64,000 nucleotides of DNA from Octopus vulgaris (Eukaryota), in NCBI GenBank assembly GCA_951406725.2, contig OX597815.1, positions 114,638,001 to 114,702,000 of the forward strand, written 5' to 3'. The notes below the pieces were generated by a model, which was not told where the DNA came from, made no database searches, and was given only the letters and a program-made list of their open reading frames with translations. Shown piece by piece: positions 24,367-39,300 of this stretch. Numbering within the stretch: position 1 is the stretch's first letter; every line of letters begins with the position of its first letter. The position numbers were made by a program, and so were the translations under genes.

Positions 24367-27300
24367 TTATATATATTTAGAATCTAAATTAAAATGAATT
24401 ATAAGAATGTTCCTTACCAACTCTAGTCTCATGATTTGCAAACAGTCTCTAAGTATATGTGCCGGTGCACCAAGAAGTCTGCAGAAAGCTGTCAGAGCAT
24501 TCACTTTGTAAGGAGGACTGGCCACCTGACATGAAAATATAGAAAGTATAGAAACATAAATCTGGAAAATGCAATCAGGGAGATATATTTTAAGGTACAT
24601 TTTGATGCAGAAAGATGTTGGCTTCTGTCAAATTATAAGAGGCTTGATTTATGTTGATTTGTATATAAACATCACAATGTGAAGACATATTTACAGAAAA
24701 ACCATTTTGGATGAAAGAAAACAGAGGAAATACATCAGCAACAGCATAATATGCTGCTTCCAGTTTGTACTGATCAAACGGTCCTACATCAAAAATTACT
24801 AGGTGTGTTCCACAGACCCACCAATTCGGATATACTAGGTGTTTGCCAAGTGGAAACTGTACAGTGGACTCAAAGCTGCAGTAATTTCTCACTTGCTGCA
24901 CACTGTGATAGTGGATCATGTTTCAATTATAGCTTTGTTTCTTGTAACGTTTTTCATTATAGAGACATTTTGAAGCCATTATTGCTACATTGCAGCAGGT
25001 TCAACTTTTTGCACAATAGCTATGTCCTTTACATTGACTCCAGTGGTTGTTACCATTTGAGACTGGGAACATTCATGAGAAGACAATGAGGGTACTCAGG
25101 ATTTTCAGGACTGCATTTGTTGGGATTCAGAGTATGTTTTTATGAAATTTTGGTAATTCATAGTTTATATGTATAATTTCTGTGCTGAGGTGTTAATAGC
25201 AAAAACTCATTTGAGTAAGATTCTGAAAGTATTAATTTTTACTAAGTTCTTACCTTTAAGTCAAAGAATTTTTCCAATATCTGAATTTCTTCATTAGTCC
25301 ACTGGTCTTGAAAATCTGCAAAGAAATAATATAAAAATAACAATACCATAAAATAAATACATAGTAAAAGCAATCAGTAATTATTATTTTATATCTTGAG
25401 AGAAAACAGCTGCTCTTCAGTTATTTCATGTGAATAATTGTGAATCATTGTAATGTTGTTTTATATAAAACTGGCTTAACTCCCAGATGCATTAAATTCA
25501 CTATAGTACAACAAACAGCTTTTAAATTATAATCACACGTACAATCATGGGGTTATTAAGCGCACTTCACAACCATGTAGTTCTAAATTTCATCTCAAGT
25601 GCAAATCTCTGCACTTGAGATCAAAGTTTTCTATTGTAGCCACAGCTTAACCCATACACTCTATAAAATTCGGTGAAAGTCATTAAATATATATATGTCA
25701 TCATCATTTAACATCCGTTGCCCATACAGGTATGGGTTGGATGGTTTGACTGGGCTGGCACACTGGAAGGCTGCAGCAAGATCTAGTCTGATTTGGCATG
25801 GTTTTCTACAGCTGAATACCCTTCCTAGCACCAACGATTCCAAGAGTGTAATGGGTGTTTTTACGTGCCGCTAGCACATCATGTCATTTGCGTGACACAA
25901 GTATCTGTCACGACTGTGATTTTACTCGGCTTGATGGATCTTCTCAAGCACAACATAATGTCAAAGATCTTGGTCATTGCATTTGTGAGGCCCAACATCC
26001 AAAAGGAACTTGGCCACTTTGCCTCCATGATGCCCAACGCTTGAAAGGAACTCAGCCACCTCATCTCTGTGAGGCCCAACACTCGAAAAGAACACAGCTA
26101 CCTCGCCTCCGTGAGGCCCGCTCGAAAGGAACTCAGCCACATTGTCTCTGTCAGGCCCCACACTCAAAAGGTACTCAGTCACTTTGCTTCCATGAGGCCC
26201 AACATACAAAAGTTAATTTTATAATGTGCCACCAGCAAGGGTGCACTTTCCATGCCTGCATGGTTCAAATGCAAATTCATTAAGGAAGATTTTCTACAGC
26301 TAAATGCCCTTCCTGTCACCAACTCACACCTAATTCCAAGCAAGGTAATATTTCTCCATGACTGAACAGAACTCATTAATGCTTATTGTATGACGTAGAG
26401 AGTAAAGAGACATAGACACACAACTACACATACATAACAGGTTACCTCAATGTTTCTAAACCCCTACTTCAGGTTTGGATGGTTAACAGAGTAAGAATTG
26501 ATAAAAACAATTACTTTACAAACTGAAAATGCCTACTGTTGTGATAAAGCATCTAACATCAGTTTTTGATGTTAGTAAAAATGTTCGACTTACCCAGAGT
26601 TGGAGTCACTTTGATATGAAGAGACTGCAAGGTGGTTGGATTAAGACTCACTCTAAATTGCAAACTATCAACTTTAAATGCACTAACTCCAGGTTCATTG
26701 GATTGAATAGACTGTAACTGAAATTACAAAAGGTCAAATTATTTACACATACAATAACATTTCAGGATATATTATTGAAAATGGAGCATAGTTTTCATAT
26801 TTAATTAGCAATATGTTATATAGCAGACTGACAAATACATACATATTTGGTCTTGCTGCATATGAACTTGTCATTATACAACTAATTTTTGAAGGAGCAT
26901 AAATGACAAGGATATAGCAAGGTTCAGTCCTAATTGTACAGCTAAAAGCATTGTCCTTTTGCAAGTTTTCAATAACCATGTTATACTGATGCCTTGCAGA
27001 AAGCTTGTTTAGCTTTGGGTTCCTCTATAAACAAGAAATGATAATAATGGTACCTTACAAAAGACTGATAACTTACAAATATCAAATTATATACCTACCA
27101 CTAAACTGGTCATTTTTTTTTCTTGAATTACTGAACCTCATATAGGAAAAGTGTTAAATGCAAAAATATCCAAAAATTGATGTTTTCCATAGGTTGACAT
27201 AACAGATCATAGGCTACTTATGTAGGAACATACTGATACTTACTGAATTTTCTCCTTGTATTACTCGAGGTAGATGTCTCCGGAAATAGACACAACCCAA

Positions 27301-30300
27301 AAATCGTTCTAGTGGAGATGCTGGTAGGAAATTCATTCCTGGCAATGGGCATGGTGTCAGCAATTTACTGAATGCTTCATGAGATAATATAGTTGGAATG
27401 GAAGCAGCCCATGATCTCTGTGGTAACATTCTGGGAGCAGGGCTCACAACTAGACATCATAAAAAAAAATCAAATATTGATTAATAATAAAAAACTTGTC
27501 TTTTTCATTATATCTTTCAGTCCAAACACAAAACAAGTATTCAACATCAGATCTACATCCATGTTTCTAAATTGGCATAGTTGGGTTAAATCCATTATAA
27601 TTCCTCACCAAATTGTTGCAACCCCTTGTTATAATCTTTGTGAGGTTCAGCATGCTGAGATCAGCCTTCCCCACTTCATCTTCCACAAGCTTCTTTCATT
27701 TGAATCACTTAACCCTTATTCACCCAACTGTCATCATTCATGCACACCACATGTCTGGAGAAGCAACTCTCTAACACTAGGATGCTATAAAACTGGTGGG
27801 GTTCCGTTTTTTCGTTTTTTGTGGGGGAGTGAAGGGGAGCTTTTTTATTTTGTTTATTATTATGTCAGGAGAGAAAAGACATGAACACTACTTGATGGTA
27901 AATAGAAATCAGATGCCAATACCAAGAATATCTCTCAAAATCATTCTACTACTATCAGAAAACGTCAGAGAGCAAAGATTTAAACACAAAATAAAATAAT
28001 AATATAACCTTCAATATTTTAAAGAAATATTCAAGACTTACCGGAAGATTTTGAATGTTCTGAATCTTTAACTTGAGTTTGAGGTGAATGTAATGCTGGA
28101 TGGCCAGGAGAGGTTGCTGTGCCATGCCGTGATACAGGTGAAGGTCCCTGAACTGATGGAGAGCCAGGCCAGTTCCGTGTACCAGGTGACGGCATAGTAA
28201 AAGGAGAGCCACCATCTACCATTCCTAAAAAATGTGAAAATATTATTAACGACTGGAGGAAGAAAATGAAAAGCAACAAAAATGGCCAGTTCTTTAATTG
28301 CCAATAAGTAATATATTTTAAAATTCATTGATCATTAAAAGTTTCAGTTTCTATAAATTTTCATAAATAACCATCACATTCTCTCTTAGCCTTCATCAGC
28401 AGCTGCCATGACTATGCTATTTCAGTTCACTCCCTCTCATTTAACTAGTAGTTAGTCTTTGGTCCAGCTTTAACAGAATAATTTCCACTAGCTTAAATAC
28501 ATGTATACTATCTCATTTTCCTTTGCTGTTAGCCATTTATCCACTTGCACACATTTGCTTTCACAACCAAGAAACTATGTACACTTTTTACAATACAAAT
28601 TATCTAATTGGCAATGTAGAGCATGGAAATATGTGTGTACATGTCCTAATAAATCTACATGAAATTTGCTTTGATTGATCTTCTAAATTAAATTCTCTGA
28701 AATTCTTTGTTGAATTCCATCCAAGCATAAATTTGTATTCACAAACCATATATTGTGTAATTATTGAATTATTCTATCAATCACATCTGAAGATTTTGAT
28801 GGTATGTACAAAACGAAAAGAAAATCCATATTTATATATTCTTTCATTGTTTGTAATCCCCAAATTCAATGAACCTCTAAATATTCAAAGAAACACACGA
28901 ACTATTTCCCTGAATGTCATAATGGGAAACTAAAAAATTTGGCAACAGCATGGAAAAAAACACAAAAACGGTCATGAGATGCATGAATGCATACATGTAT
29001 TACATACATTCACACATGTGTGAGTGTGTGCAGAGATTAGAGTTTTTCACCTAACTAGAACATATCAACACAGACATCTGATATAGCTGCGTCTTAGACT
29101 TTCCTCTTGTATAAGCACTGAAGACATTTCAGGGAAAATAACCCACATCACCTTTCGAGGAGTTATTCACCTTACTTCTTAGTCAAATGCCCAGCCGTGG
29201 AATTTTTTTTCTAGTGAGAGTTCTAGACCCCAGTAATGAACTCATTTGCATACAGCCAATTAGAGCTCACCTTGACCTTGGTAGAGAGTTTACAAACTCT
29301 CTACCAAGTAAACTCGACGACTAACGGTGTTGTTAGTCAACCAATCGCCAAGTTATGCCTGATTTTAGGAGACAAGTAATTAGATTTGCATCTATACCTA
29401 TTATCAGATTTTGTTAGGGCCTCATATTAAAGATGTGGATGGGAAAAATGTGGGTAGAGGGTGATGTACTAGCGTCCCTTTTCCCTTACTGTTTTACAAA
29501 GTAAACACCAACACAACTATGCAGAGGCAGCCATGGTTGAAACAAGAACAAGCATTATTAAAAGTGAAAAGAAGCATGGTCATTCCTTACCCAAGTGACC
29601 TAACTTATCACCCATCACTTGTTATGCACTCATAAATTAGTTTGATAGTTGAGCTCTGATTGGCAGTTTGCAAATGAGTTCATAATTGGGATCTGGAACT
29701 CTCGTGGGGAAAATAAAAATTTCGCTGCCTGGCCATCTATTTGATTCCATTGCAGAATAGATATGAATTACGAGAAACCTATAAAAGATTTTCCCTTACA
29801 AGAGCAAGTTCCTGACTTCCTTAAGAAAGAATGTAAACCAGGTTTGTAAGGTTCATGTGATGACATGCACTATAGGACTGCCTTTCTGATGCAGCATTAT
29901 GCAGAACCATGGCAGAATATTCTGAGTTTACAGACTTGCACATTAAGAAAAAGCAAATTTTCTTTCCAAACATTTCTCATAATTTTCTGCCATGTGAGAT
30001 TAAACAAGGTCACAAAACCAATGATAACCATATGAGTTAATTTGTATCACTACACAAATGTGTGTGTGTGCACAAAAGTGTGTATGCACACATAAATGTA
30101 TTTCAACTATGCAATAAAAACAATTTTAAGTAGTCTTATATGAAATTAATAATCTGATACATCTGAAGTTAATTACATTTATGTTGATGTGATTAATAAA
30201 TTCCATATGTAAACAACAATTCATGCATTGTTCTTCACATGAAAATGTAAAAAAAAAAATTATAATCATCTGTACAATGTGATTTTTTTTATATTTTAAG

Positions 30301-33300
30301 TTTATTGAACAAAAAAGAGTATCATAATCTATTTTCAATTTTTTTTTATAGAAGGGACAAACCATAAATTTAGACATTTTATGATTGTTAGTTCATATTT
30401 ATCTACTGAAAAATGAAATAGAATTTGCCTATTAAATGTAATAATACCCACATGCTTTTAATTAACAACATATCTAAACCTCATATATAATAAATATTTG
30501 GAATGTAATAGTCTACTTAGATATCAATGCACTGCCTGATGAATTGTACTAGATTACAATAGGCTCTGTTAAATAAATGAATATTAAGAAAAATTATTTC
30601 TTTCAAGATCACAAACTGTCTGAAGTGTCAGACAGATGACATGAAACCTCCCTCTGGACAAAACAATAACAATTGTTCAAGAAACTGAAAACAAAACTGC
30701 AATTAGATTGTTGTTACTATTCACAGTAAACGATCCAAGCTATCAAGAGCACAACCGAACTGCTTCTTAACTTTTTGATTTAGTCAAATGTCACTAATAA
30801 AGAAAATTAGCATAACCAGTGCCATTGAAAACTTTTGGGGGGGGGGGGGTGCAATAAATATCGATTTCCTTTTGATTGTTAACAAAATATGTAAGCTTTT
30901 CTATTTTTGTTACTAACCCTTTGTGGCTTATAACATGAAAGTGCCTTGCAATAACTTACTATTTGAATGAGAATATCAATGCAAATATCATTGCTATGTT
31001 AGTGATAACATGTGTGACTTCACTAGATAATCATAATTAATATTTTTTCTATAATTCCTTACATCTGAAACCAGTTTCACATTTACTAAAGGTAACTCCA
31101 AATTTGAAGAATTAAAAAAAAAAAACAGTAGAAAGAAATGAAATATGCAACCAACATAACAAGACTTTCCAAGATTCTATAATGCCAAGTAGGATGGGGC
31201 CATCCAGGTACCTTATCACTATTATCTATGTCTTGCAGCTCCTACCAATCATTTTTTCTTTCTCTCACCCTTGTTTTTACCTACAAGATGTGAGTATGCA
31301 GATCCCTCTGCAGGAATCTACTCCTCCACCACTACTAACCCCATCAATCATAATCCTGTTGACCACGAATATGAAACTGACATCCCCCATCTACCTGGGG
31401 GAGGTGCAGGATGTCAGCATGGCAACCTCAATGGTGCAAGGTGGCATGAAAAAAGCACCTATCAACGATGTAAAGTGGTTAGCATTAGGAAGGGCATCCA
31501 GCCATAAAAACCATGCCAAAGCAGACACTGGAGCTTGATGCAGTCCTTGAACACATCAGATAATGCCAAACCATCCAATCCATGCTAGCATGAAACATGG
31601 ACTTTAAATGATGATAATGATGAGAGAAACATCTAATTTGTGTAGAATTTAATTTTATAAAATACTTTATTATCAATTTTACCTCATTCTCAATTCTTTA
31701 ATTTTATTTATTATTTTGTTAATTATATTAGTGAATCCTTTTTGTGCAATGTCCTTGGATTTATGTAAATGCACATTAATCCTTCATTTTGTAGGTTTTC
31801 TACAAACATAATTCCAATATTTTGTGTGTTTTACCATTATCATGCATCTTTTTCAACTGAAAATCCAATATGAACAATTCTTCTCTATAAAAATTATGTT
31901 ATATACCTAGTTGAACATAAGCATTTTTATATGGTGATATTTATAAAAGAGATTTTAATAATTTTACCTAAGTTTACTTGTAATTAGAGTTTTGAACCAA
32001 AGAATTAAGTAATTGATTTATTTAAGAACTTTTTGTTGCATTCCAAAAACCATATTCATGCGTCAATAAATTAAATAAATTACAACTGTTTTAAGAAAAT
32101 CAGTCCAAGTTCTTGAGTATCTCGAAATTTAATTAAAACACAGAATGGGTACATTTAGTCAGAAATATAGTAACAATAGGGTTACAAATAGAATAACCAC
32201 AAATATAGTAACAATAGCAATATAAATTTTAAAATTACTAACCTTGATGTGCAATGAAAGGACCTGCAGGTGATGATAGATGGATACCAAGTGACTGTGG
32301 AGAGGGAGTTGGCACAAATGATCCTGGAGAAGGGACATGTAACTGTGGATTACCAGGAGAACCACCTTGACCTAATAATGTACTAGGTGATGGTGTGCTG
32401 ATTAGGGCTGCTGAGGGACTTTGAGATACTTGTGGAGGCAAGGATGGAGGAGATGAAAGAGAAAAGGCAGCTGCAGGAGAAGAGGCATAGCCCTAAGGGA
32501 GAAAAAAGAGGAAAAGCAATCCAAGTTATTAACCTCATTTAAAAGAAAATAATGAATAAAAATAACTCCTTTTAAAAAGCAACAAATGCATTAAAATACT
32601 TTGCTTATTAGAAGTTCTAATGATGTGAAATGTGAAGCACAAATTAATATATTTCTATTTAAAATTATACCCATTTTTCTATCAATGGATAGAAAAACTG
32701 AATAACCAGAATGCAAGAGTACCAATTAAAACAATAATCTACATATCTTCTTTAACCAACCTAAAAATTACTATCACTCTCACTTGACAGGCAGAGCATT
32801 ACTACTGACTAAATAGCCATATTGCAACAATTAATACAAATAACTAAATTATCACATGAACATCTCAACTATGACAGTAAGTAAAAATATGCAGAAAGAC
32901 AAGAAATGGCTACATTTAAAATGCTAATAATGGCAAAAAATAGCAAGCAAAAAACTCATATTTATTAAAGATAACATTATCCCTTGACATGAAATATAAA
33001 CCTTCTGTTCACACACTAAATTGCAACTTAAATTACTTTACACATTTCATTTCTCATCACTACCAATCAACAATTTAACCAAAGATCTGCTAACTATTCA
33101 TCTTGTTTCCATCTTTCTATCAGTTCCAGTCAAATTTAACATATATTAATGACACAATATTTTATTCCTCTCTTATTTCACTTTTCCTTAACATTCTCTT
33201 TAATAAGAACCTAAACAACAGAAATATCTAACACCACCAAAATACATTTATTACACATGACTAGAAAACAAAATTCCACTCCAGTTTCACTGCTTATGAA

Positions 33301-36300
33301 TTAAAATTCTATCAATGCTTGCACATAGAAATTATATCGTTTTCTAAGATTCTATGTGAGAATACAACATATGCAAAATTACTTTGAGGAAACGGTGTTT
33401 AAAACATTCTGTACTCCTACACAGTTATAGAGTTGCCATTGTCCAGGCCCACTTCACCATTCACCTGCTTCTGTGACCAATATATATGACTGCATCTCTT
33501 AAAAAGTTACATGCCTAATAAGCAACTATTCAACACAAACCAATTACAGTCATTGTCTTTGCTGAATTGTCACCCTCTTCTGCTGTGACCATTGTCATAA
33601 TTACAACTACTACACCACGAAATATGCTCCCTTCCACTTTTCTTATAACATGATCATGATGTGATTACTTATGATCATAATTCAGATCACAAACACCACC
33701 TATTATCAAGTTCTTCCTCCCACAAAACTACAACCCATTCGACCTTCCCACTGTGACTGTTGTTATCTAGGCAAAACTGATTAACTTATTTTATTTTATT
33801 ATCCTTTTCATTCCAGCTCAGTTAGATCTTTGGACTAATAAAACATAATAACAAAAGCCTTAAAATTTCAAGAAACTAGTAAGGAATGCACACTTCTACT
33901 GAAAATATTTAAACCATTTCTCAAACATATTACTTAAGCATAACTACTTAATTAAACGATCTATGAAAAAAAAAATCACCTGAACAATTAAATACTGTTC
34001 AATAAATAAAAAAGATATAACTCCAACTTTTCATATTTCATTTGTGATACACAGTTTGATGACAAACTACTAAAAGCAGATTATAACCTTCTGATATTAT
34101 CTTACATCACAATGACACTAAAAAAAACAAAAGTTATAAGTACAAAGAAGAAAATTACCTAACACTATAAAACATCATACCTCAGTTCCTGTCAGTAGTT
34201 CTAAAATAAGCTAATGGAGATAATTTTCTTAATCTATTTAAACTAAACAAGATATTTAGCTAAAAAGGATTGCATTCAATCTTTTTGACAAATTTCAATA
34301 TTTTCCCATTGGGATGATGGAAAATAGTTCAGAAATCAAAATTTTGAAACTAAAAAGAAAATTCATTTTAAGAATAGAAAAAATTATGGTTTTTGAGAAA
34401 GCGGAGCTATGCAGGCTTAAGATAAAACATAAGAAAAGTAAAAAAGAAAACTTACAGATGATATTCGTGATGTACTAGGTGAAGCTGGAGTGTGAGGGTT
34501 GGATGGTGGGGTCATGGGGTTTTGAAAGCGTAAGTTACCATCTTGCCGAGGCCGGGAGGCTGGTGAACCAACTGAGGGGTTCTGAGGGAGAAAGATTTCA
34601 ACTGAATCCATTCCAATAGGAGACAGAGGATGGTCTTCTTCAGTGGTGGAACGCCGCCGAGGATGGCTCCCAGTCACCGTTTCATCAACAAACATGTTTA
34701 AGAAAGCCTAGAATATAAAAAAAAAACAAATACTTTTAATAAAAAATAAAGATTATATAATATTAAAAAGCTGAGGCTGTTCCACAATATTCAAGAAGAT
34801 ATTGTTCTTACAAATAAAATCACATCACACTCTTAGATCCATGTGTGTGTTGGGGCAGGGGTAGAGATATCTTTTGATATCTCTATAGTAACTTCAATGA
34901 CATTATTACTTATTATACAAAGAAACTCTAATTGATTTTCTGCAACACATCAACTCTCAGTTTGTAATCGTAAAAAAATTTATAAATAACAGCATCACAG
35001 CTTACAAGCTTCCAATAGGTAAATCACTGGTCCATCACATTTCTGACCAGGGTGTTATTTTTTTTTCTACCAATGGTTAAATCCTTTATATACACATTTC
35101 TTTATTTGCTTTATATATACATTTTACATGTTTGTATATTATATGTATCAGTAAAAGATGTAAACAATGATACATATAATATATGTACAAGTGTGTGTGT
35201 GTGTGTGTGTACATACAAACGAAACAGGCTTCTGCACAGTCTCTGTCTATTTAATGCTACTAACAAAGGCATTGAGTAAACTGAAGCTATGGTAGAACTT
35301 AGTGGCACACAGCTAGAGCAAGACCATGGAACAATGTGTGTATGAAGCAAACTTCTTAACAACACTGACATGCCTCCATATTTACTTTCTACACAACCAA
35401 GTTGCTGACCATGATATATAAGTGTTACAGTTAGGAAGAGGAATAACCTATCGATGAGAATGTTTCAGAAAATGAACCAGTAACTAACTAATATCATTAA
35501 TCTCACATCCAAAATGGAATGTACAGCTGCAAAAAAACAAGTAGTTGTAAGAAAAGTACACTACTACAGATTAAACCTATACAAGGCTGAGTTAGCCATT
35601 GTCAGCTTTCATGGCAAGAGGTCTTTAGCATTGGACAGGCCTATGATCACACGTTTTAGTCAGGGATTTACTGTTGTTTTCTCATATATAGTGTACCATT
35701 ATCTAATGTGCCTCACCTTCTTTTCTTAAGATAGTAAGGTGTTAATTGACACATAGAAAACAGACATTAAAGAATGATAATGATGATGATGAATACAGTT
35801 GTAGACGATTTGCATGAAACATACTAAGTGAACATGAATATCATGACTACTAGTAACAAAAAGGTTATTATATTTACTTACTTTGAGACCGGGCGTAGGT
35901 GTGAAGCCATCAATCACTTTGCTGGTATCGAACAAACTGATAGCACCATCTCTGACGGCTACCATTTTACCACTTCGGAAATGTACATCAACACAACTTC
36001 TGTTGTAAGTTAAGGAAATAAACAACTAACATAGTCATACATGTCACACACATGTTTATACCTGTGTAGGAGTGTTTGACTTATATTCAAACAGACATAC
36101 CTCTACACATACAAATATACCTATAATTCTTTTCAGATACACATATCATCAGCTTCATTTTAACATCTACTTTTTCACAGTTGCATGAGTCAGACAAGAC
36201 TATGTTGGAGCAGTCTTGGAGCAAACAGATGTTCTTCCTAAATTCAACCTTCACTGGTCTCCAAACAACACCATATGAATAACTCCTTTATTTACAAAGA

Positions 36301-39300
36301 TTGTGCAACATGTCAAGAAGCCTGGACATGCTTTCACCGAGAATAGCAAGCAAAACATCATCCAATACCATCAGCAAAGGCTGTTGCTTACAACCAGCAA
36401 ATGCACAGGAAGATAAGGGACTTTGGTTGACCTGAGGCTACAGATGAAGACACTTGCCCAAGGCACCAGGCAGTAGGACTGAACCCAGAACCAAGTGAGT
36501 TGGGAAGTGAATTTCTCAACCACACAGCCACAACTTTACACCAATGAGAAAAACTTATTGTCTGTATTACATTATTCATGAATGAAGGAATTATACACTC
36601 ATGATGAAAATCTGTATTTGTAGAAGAAACTTCATTAGTTTTATGTTCACTTTTCCATGCTCACGAGGAATAGGAAGATCTCTACACCTGTCATGGTCCT
36701 TTGTCAGGTCCACTATGTTAAGATCAGCAGCTCTAATGCCATGATTTTCTTTCAACATACATTCGTTTGACCCATGCAAGCACAGATGTTAACATAGAAA
36801 GATTTTAGAAAATGTAGCAACGTTTTACTATATTAATTCTGCCACCTTTCATGTATAGATTGCTTTGGATGCTGTAAACTTACCTGTTATCAGACTGCAG
36901 CCATGCTGGGGCACTGACTTGAAGGGTTTAGCTGAACAAATTGACTCCTGAAATTAGTTCTTAAGCCTGGTACTTAAAAAAATAATTACTGGGGTCAACC
37001 CATGCTAGCATGGAAAGCGGACACTAAATGATGATGATGATGAATTTGTCCTAACTTTGCCAAACTGCTGCTAAGGGGACATAAACAAACCAGCACTGGT
37101 TGTCAAGTGGTGGTGGAGGACAAATACATGTGCATGCACACACTCACACACACACATACAAAGAGGCTTCTTTCACTTTCCATCTACCAAATCCACTCAC
37201 AAGGCTTTGGTTGGCCTGTGGTTATAGCAGAAGACACTTGCCCAAGGTGTCACACAGTGGGACTGAGCTTGGAACCATGTAGTTGGGAAGCAAACATCTT
37301 ACCACACAGTCACACCTGTGGCATCTACTTCCAAGCAGGAAGGCTGTGGGCTATGCCCAAGACTCTTTACAGAGCTTCCAAGACTGGTAGGAGGAAGGCA
37401 CATAGGGAGCATGAAACTGGAACTTGGCATAGACACTTGCAAAAGAGTAGACTCATCATCATCATTATCAGTTAACATCCGTCTTCTATGCTAGCTTGGG
37501 TGGGATGGTACCACAAGAGCTGGCCAGGTTGAAGACTGCACCAGACTTCTGTGACTGTTTTGGCAGGATTTTTACAGCTGGATGCCCTTCCTAACACCAA
37601 CCACTCAGCAGAGTGGACTTAGTGCATTTTACGTGGCACAAGCACAGGTTTGTGGCATCAATATAGATACAAAGATCAGTCATAAGTTCAAATTTCACTA
37701 GGCATTGTACCTCCACTACGACAAGGTAACTTTGCTCAGAACTACTCCAAGGTTGAGCTATTAGCATTGATAAAGAAATCCAGTCGTAAATATGGACTAG
37801 TCTGGCAGTATGTAATGTAAAGATTTGCTAAAACCAGTCTATCACTGAGTGCCAGGATTTAATGATAACATCAAACTGCTGAAAAGCACTGATGATGGTT
37901 CCATGTAAAAAAAGCACCCAGTACACTCTGTAAAGTAGTTGGCATTAGGAAGGATATCCAGCCATAGATACCAAGCCAGAACAAACTATGGAACCTGCTA
38001 CAGCCCTGGCCTTTGCAGTTCTTGTCAAGCATTCCAACCCATGTCAGCATGGAAAACAGATGATGATGATGAATCAGGATATGATGGTATATAAGCATAG
38101 AGATATCAATGTAAAAGAAAAATTATTCAAAAGAAAAGGATACACATTGCGAAAGGCAATTCTAACATGTGTTGTTGACTGTGGAATAATAGTGAAGCTA
38201 AGCATAGATTGCTTTGGATGCTGTAAATAGAGGATAACAATAGTTATAATTTCAAGTAGATCTATAGTTTCTTACAACACTGATTAATAAACAAAAGACA
38301 AATAAAATACCAAGAATTTGTGACACTTACAGTTGAACCACCCAATAATGGAGAGGTGCTTAATTTATTTATTGATGTTAAAGGACTCCATGTATCATTC
38401 AGTAACTGAAATATAAAAAGAAGAGAAAAATGACCTGACAGAAAAGAATCAAACATTAAATTCACAGAAAGATATAGAAATGATATATTAAATGCCACAG
38501 AACCTCCCAAAACTAGACACCAATATTTAAGCCTTATTCAAGCCTAATTAAGTTACCTACGAAAAAAACCAAGTAGTACCAAAGTAAGCAATACCCACAA
38601 ATTCTTTCCACTTTACAAGAATGAAAGACAACCCAGAATCTAATCCACACAAGAAAAATATTTACACTTGATCATTTACATATTGAGATTTTATTCAGTC
38701 ACATCTAAAAATAAAGTGACTGACCATACACAATACAAAAAGGTCCAAGGTACTCAGGGTTCACCATTAGCAAAAAAATATTTAGGGAAAAAATTTGTTT
38801 TCAGTTTAGAAGTGTAATAAATAGTTATAATAGCACTTACTTGAACCAAATTAGCAACTGCATCTGTACTATTAGCACAATTAAGCTCCTCTTGAAGCTG
38901 GGTGATTACTAAAACATGGGGGTTGATAGTGGATGCATTTTGACCACATGTTCCTAGAGTGAGGTGGAAAGACTTAGTGTCTATTCGCCAAGTTATGTTT
39001 ACCTGTAAGCAAAGAAAATTTTTTAAATAATGTCATTCTTGTTTTAACATAAAAATAAAAGATTTTTGCTTTCTATTTATAGGAAAGAAAAACTATAGGT
39101 CAGATATCAATTAAAGTTCTATATTGGCAAAATCATCATTTAACATCAAGTTTTCCATGCTAGCATGGGTCAGATAGAATTGGTTGAGACAGATTTCCTA
39201 TGGCTGGATACCCTTCCTGTTGCCAACCCTCATTGTTTCCAAGTAAAGTAATATTTTCTTCATTGCTAGCCATGTTTTTCTCAGAAGACTGGAAAAACAT

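Noticed and set aside
25985-26211. CRISPR-like array
   Set aside because: Eukaryotic context; head-to-tail diverged units with no unique spacers.
34181-34200. 20-nt MED14 microexon or poison exon (TTTTAG|...|GTATGA on the minus strand)
   Set aside because: It is not needed for phase, has an in-frame TGA and a weak pyrimidine tract; such matches are expected by chance without junction reads.
28042-34707. S/P-rich region as a novel CTD-like repeat
   Set aside because: A corresponding low-complexity region is a normal part of animal MED14.
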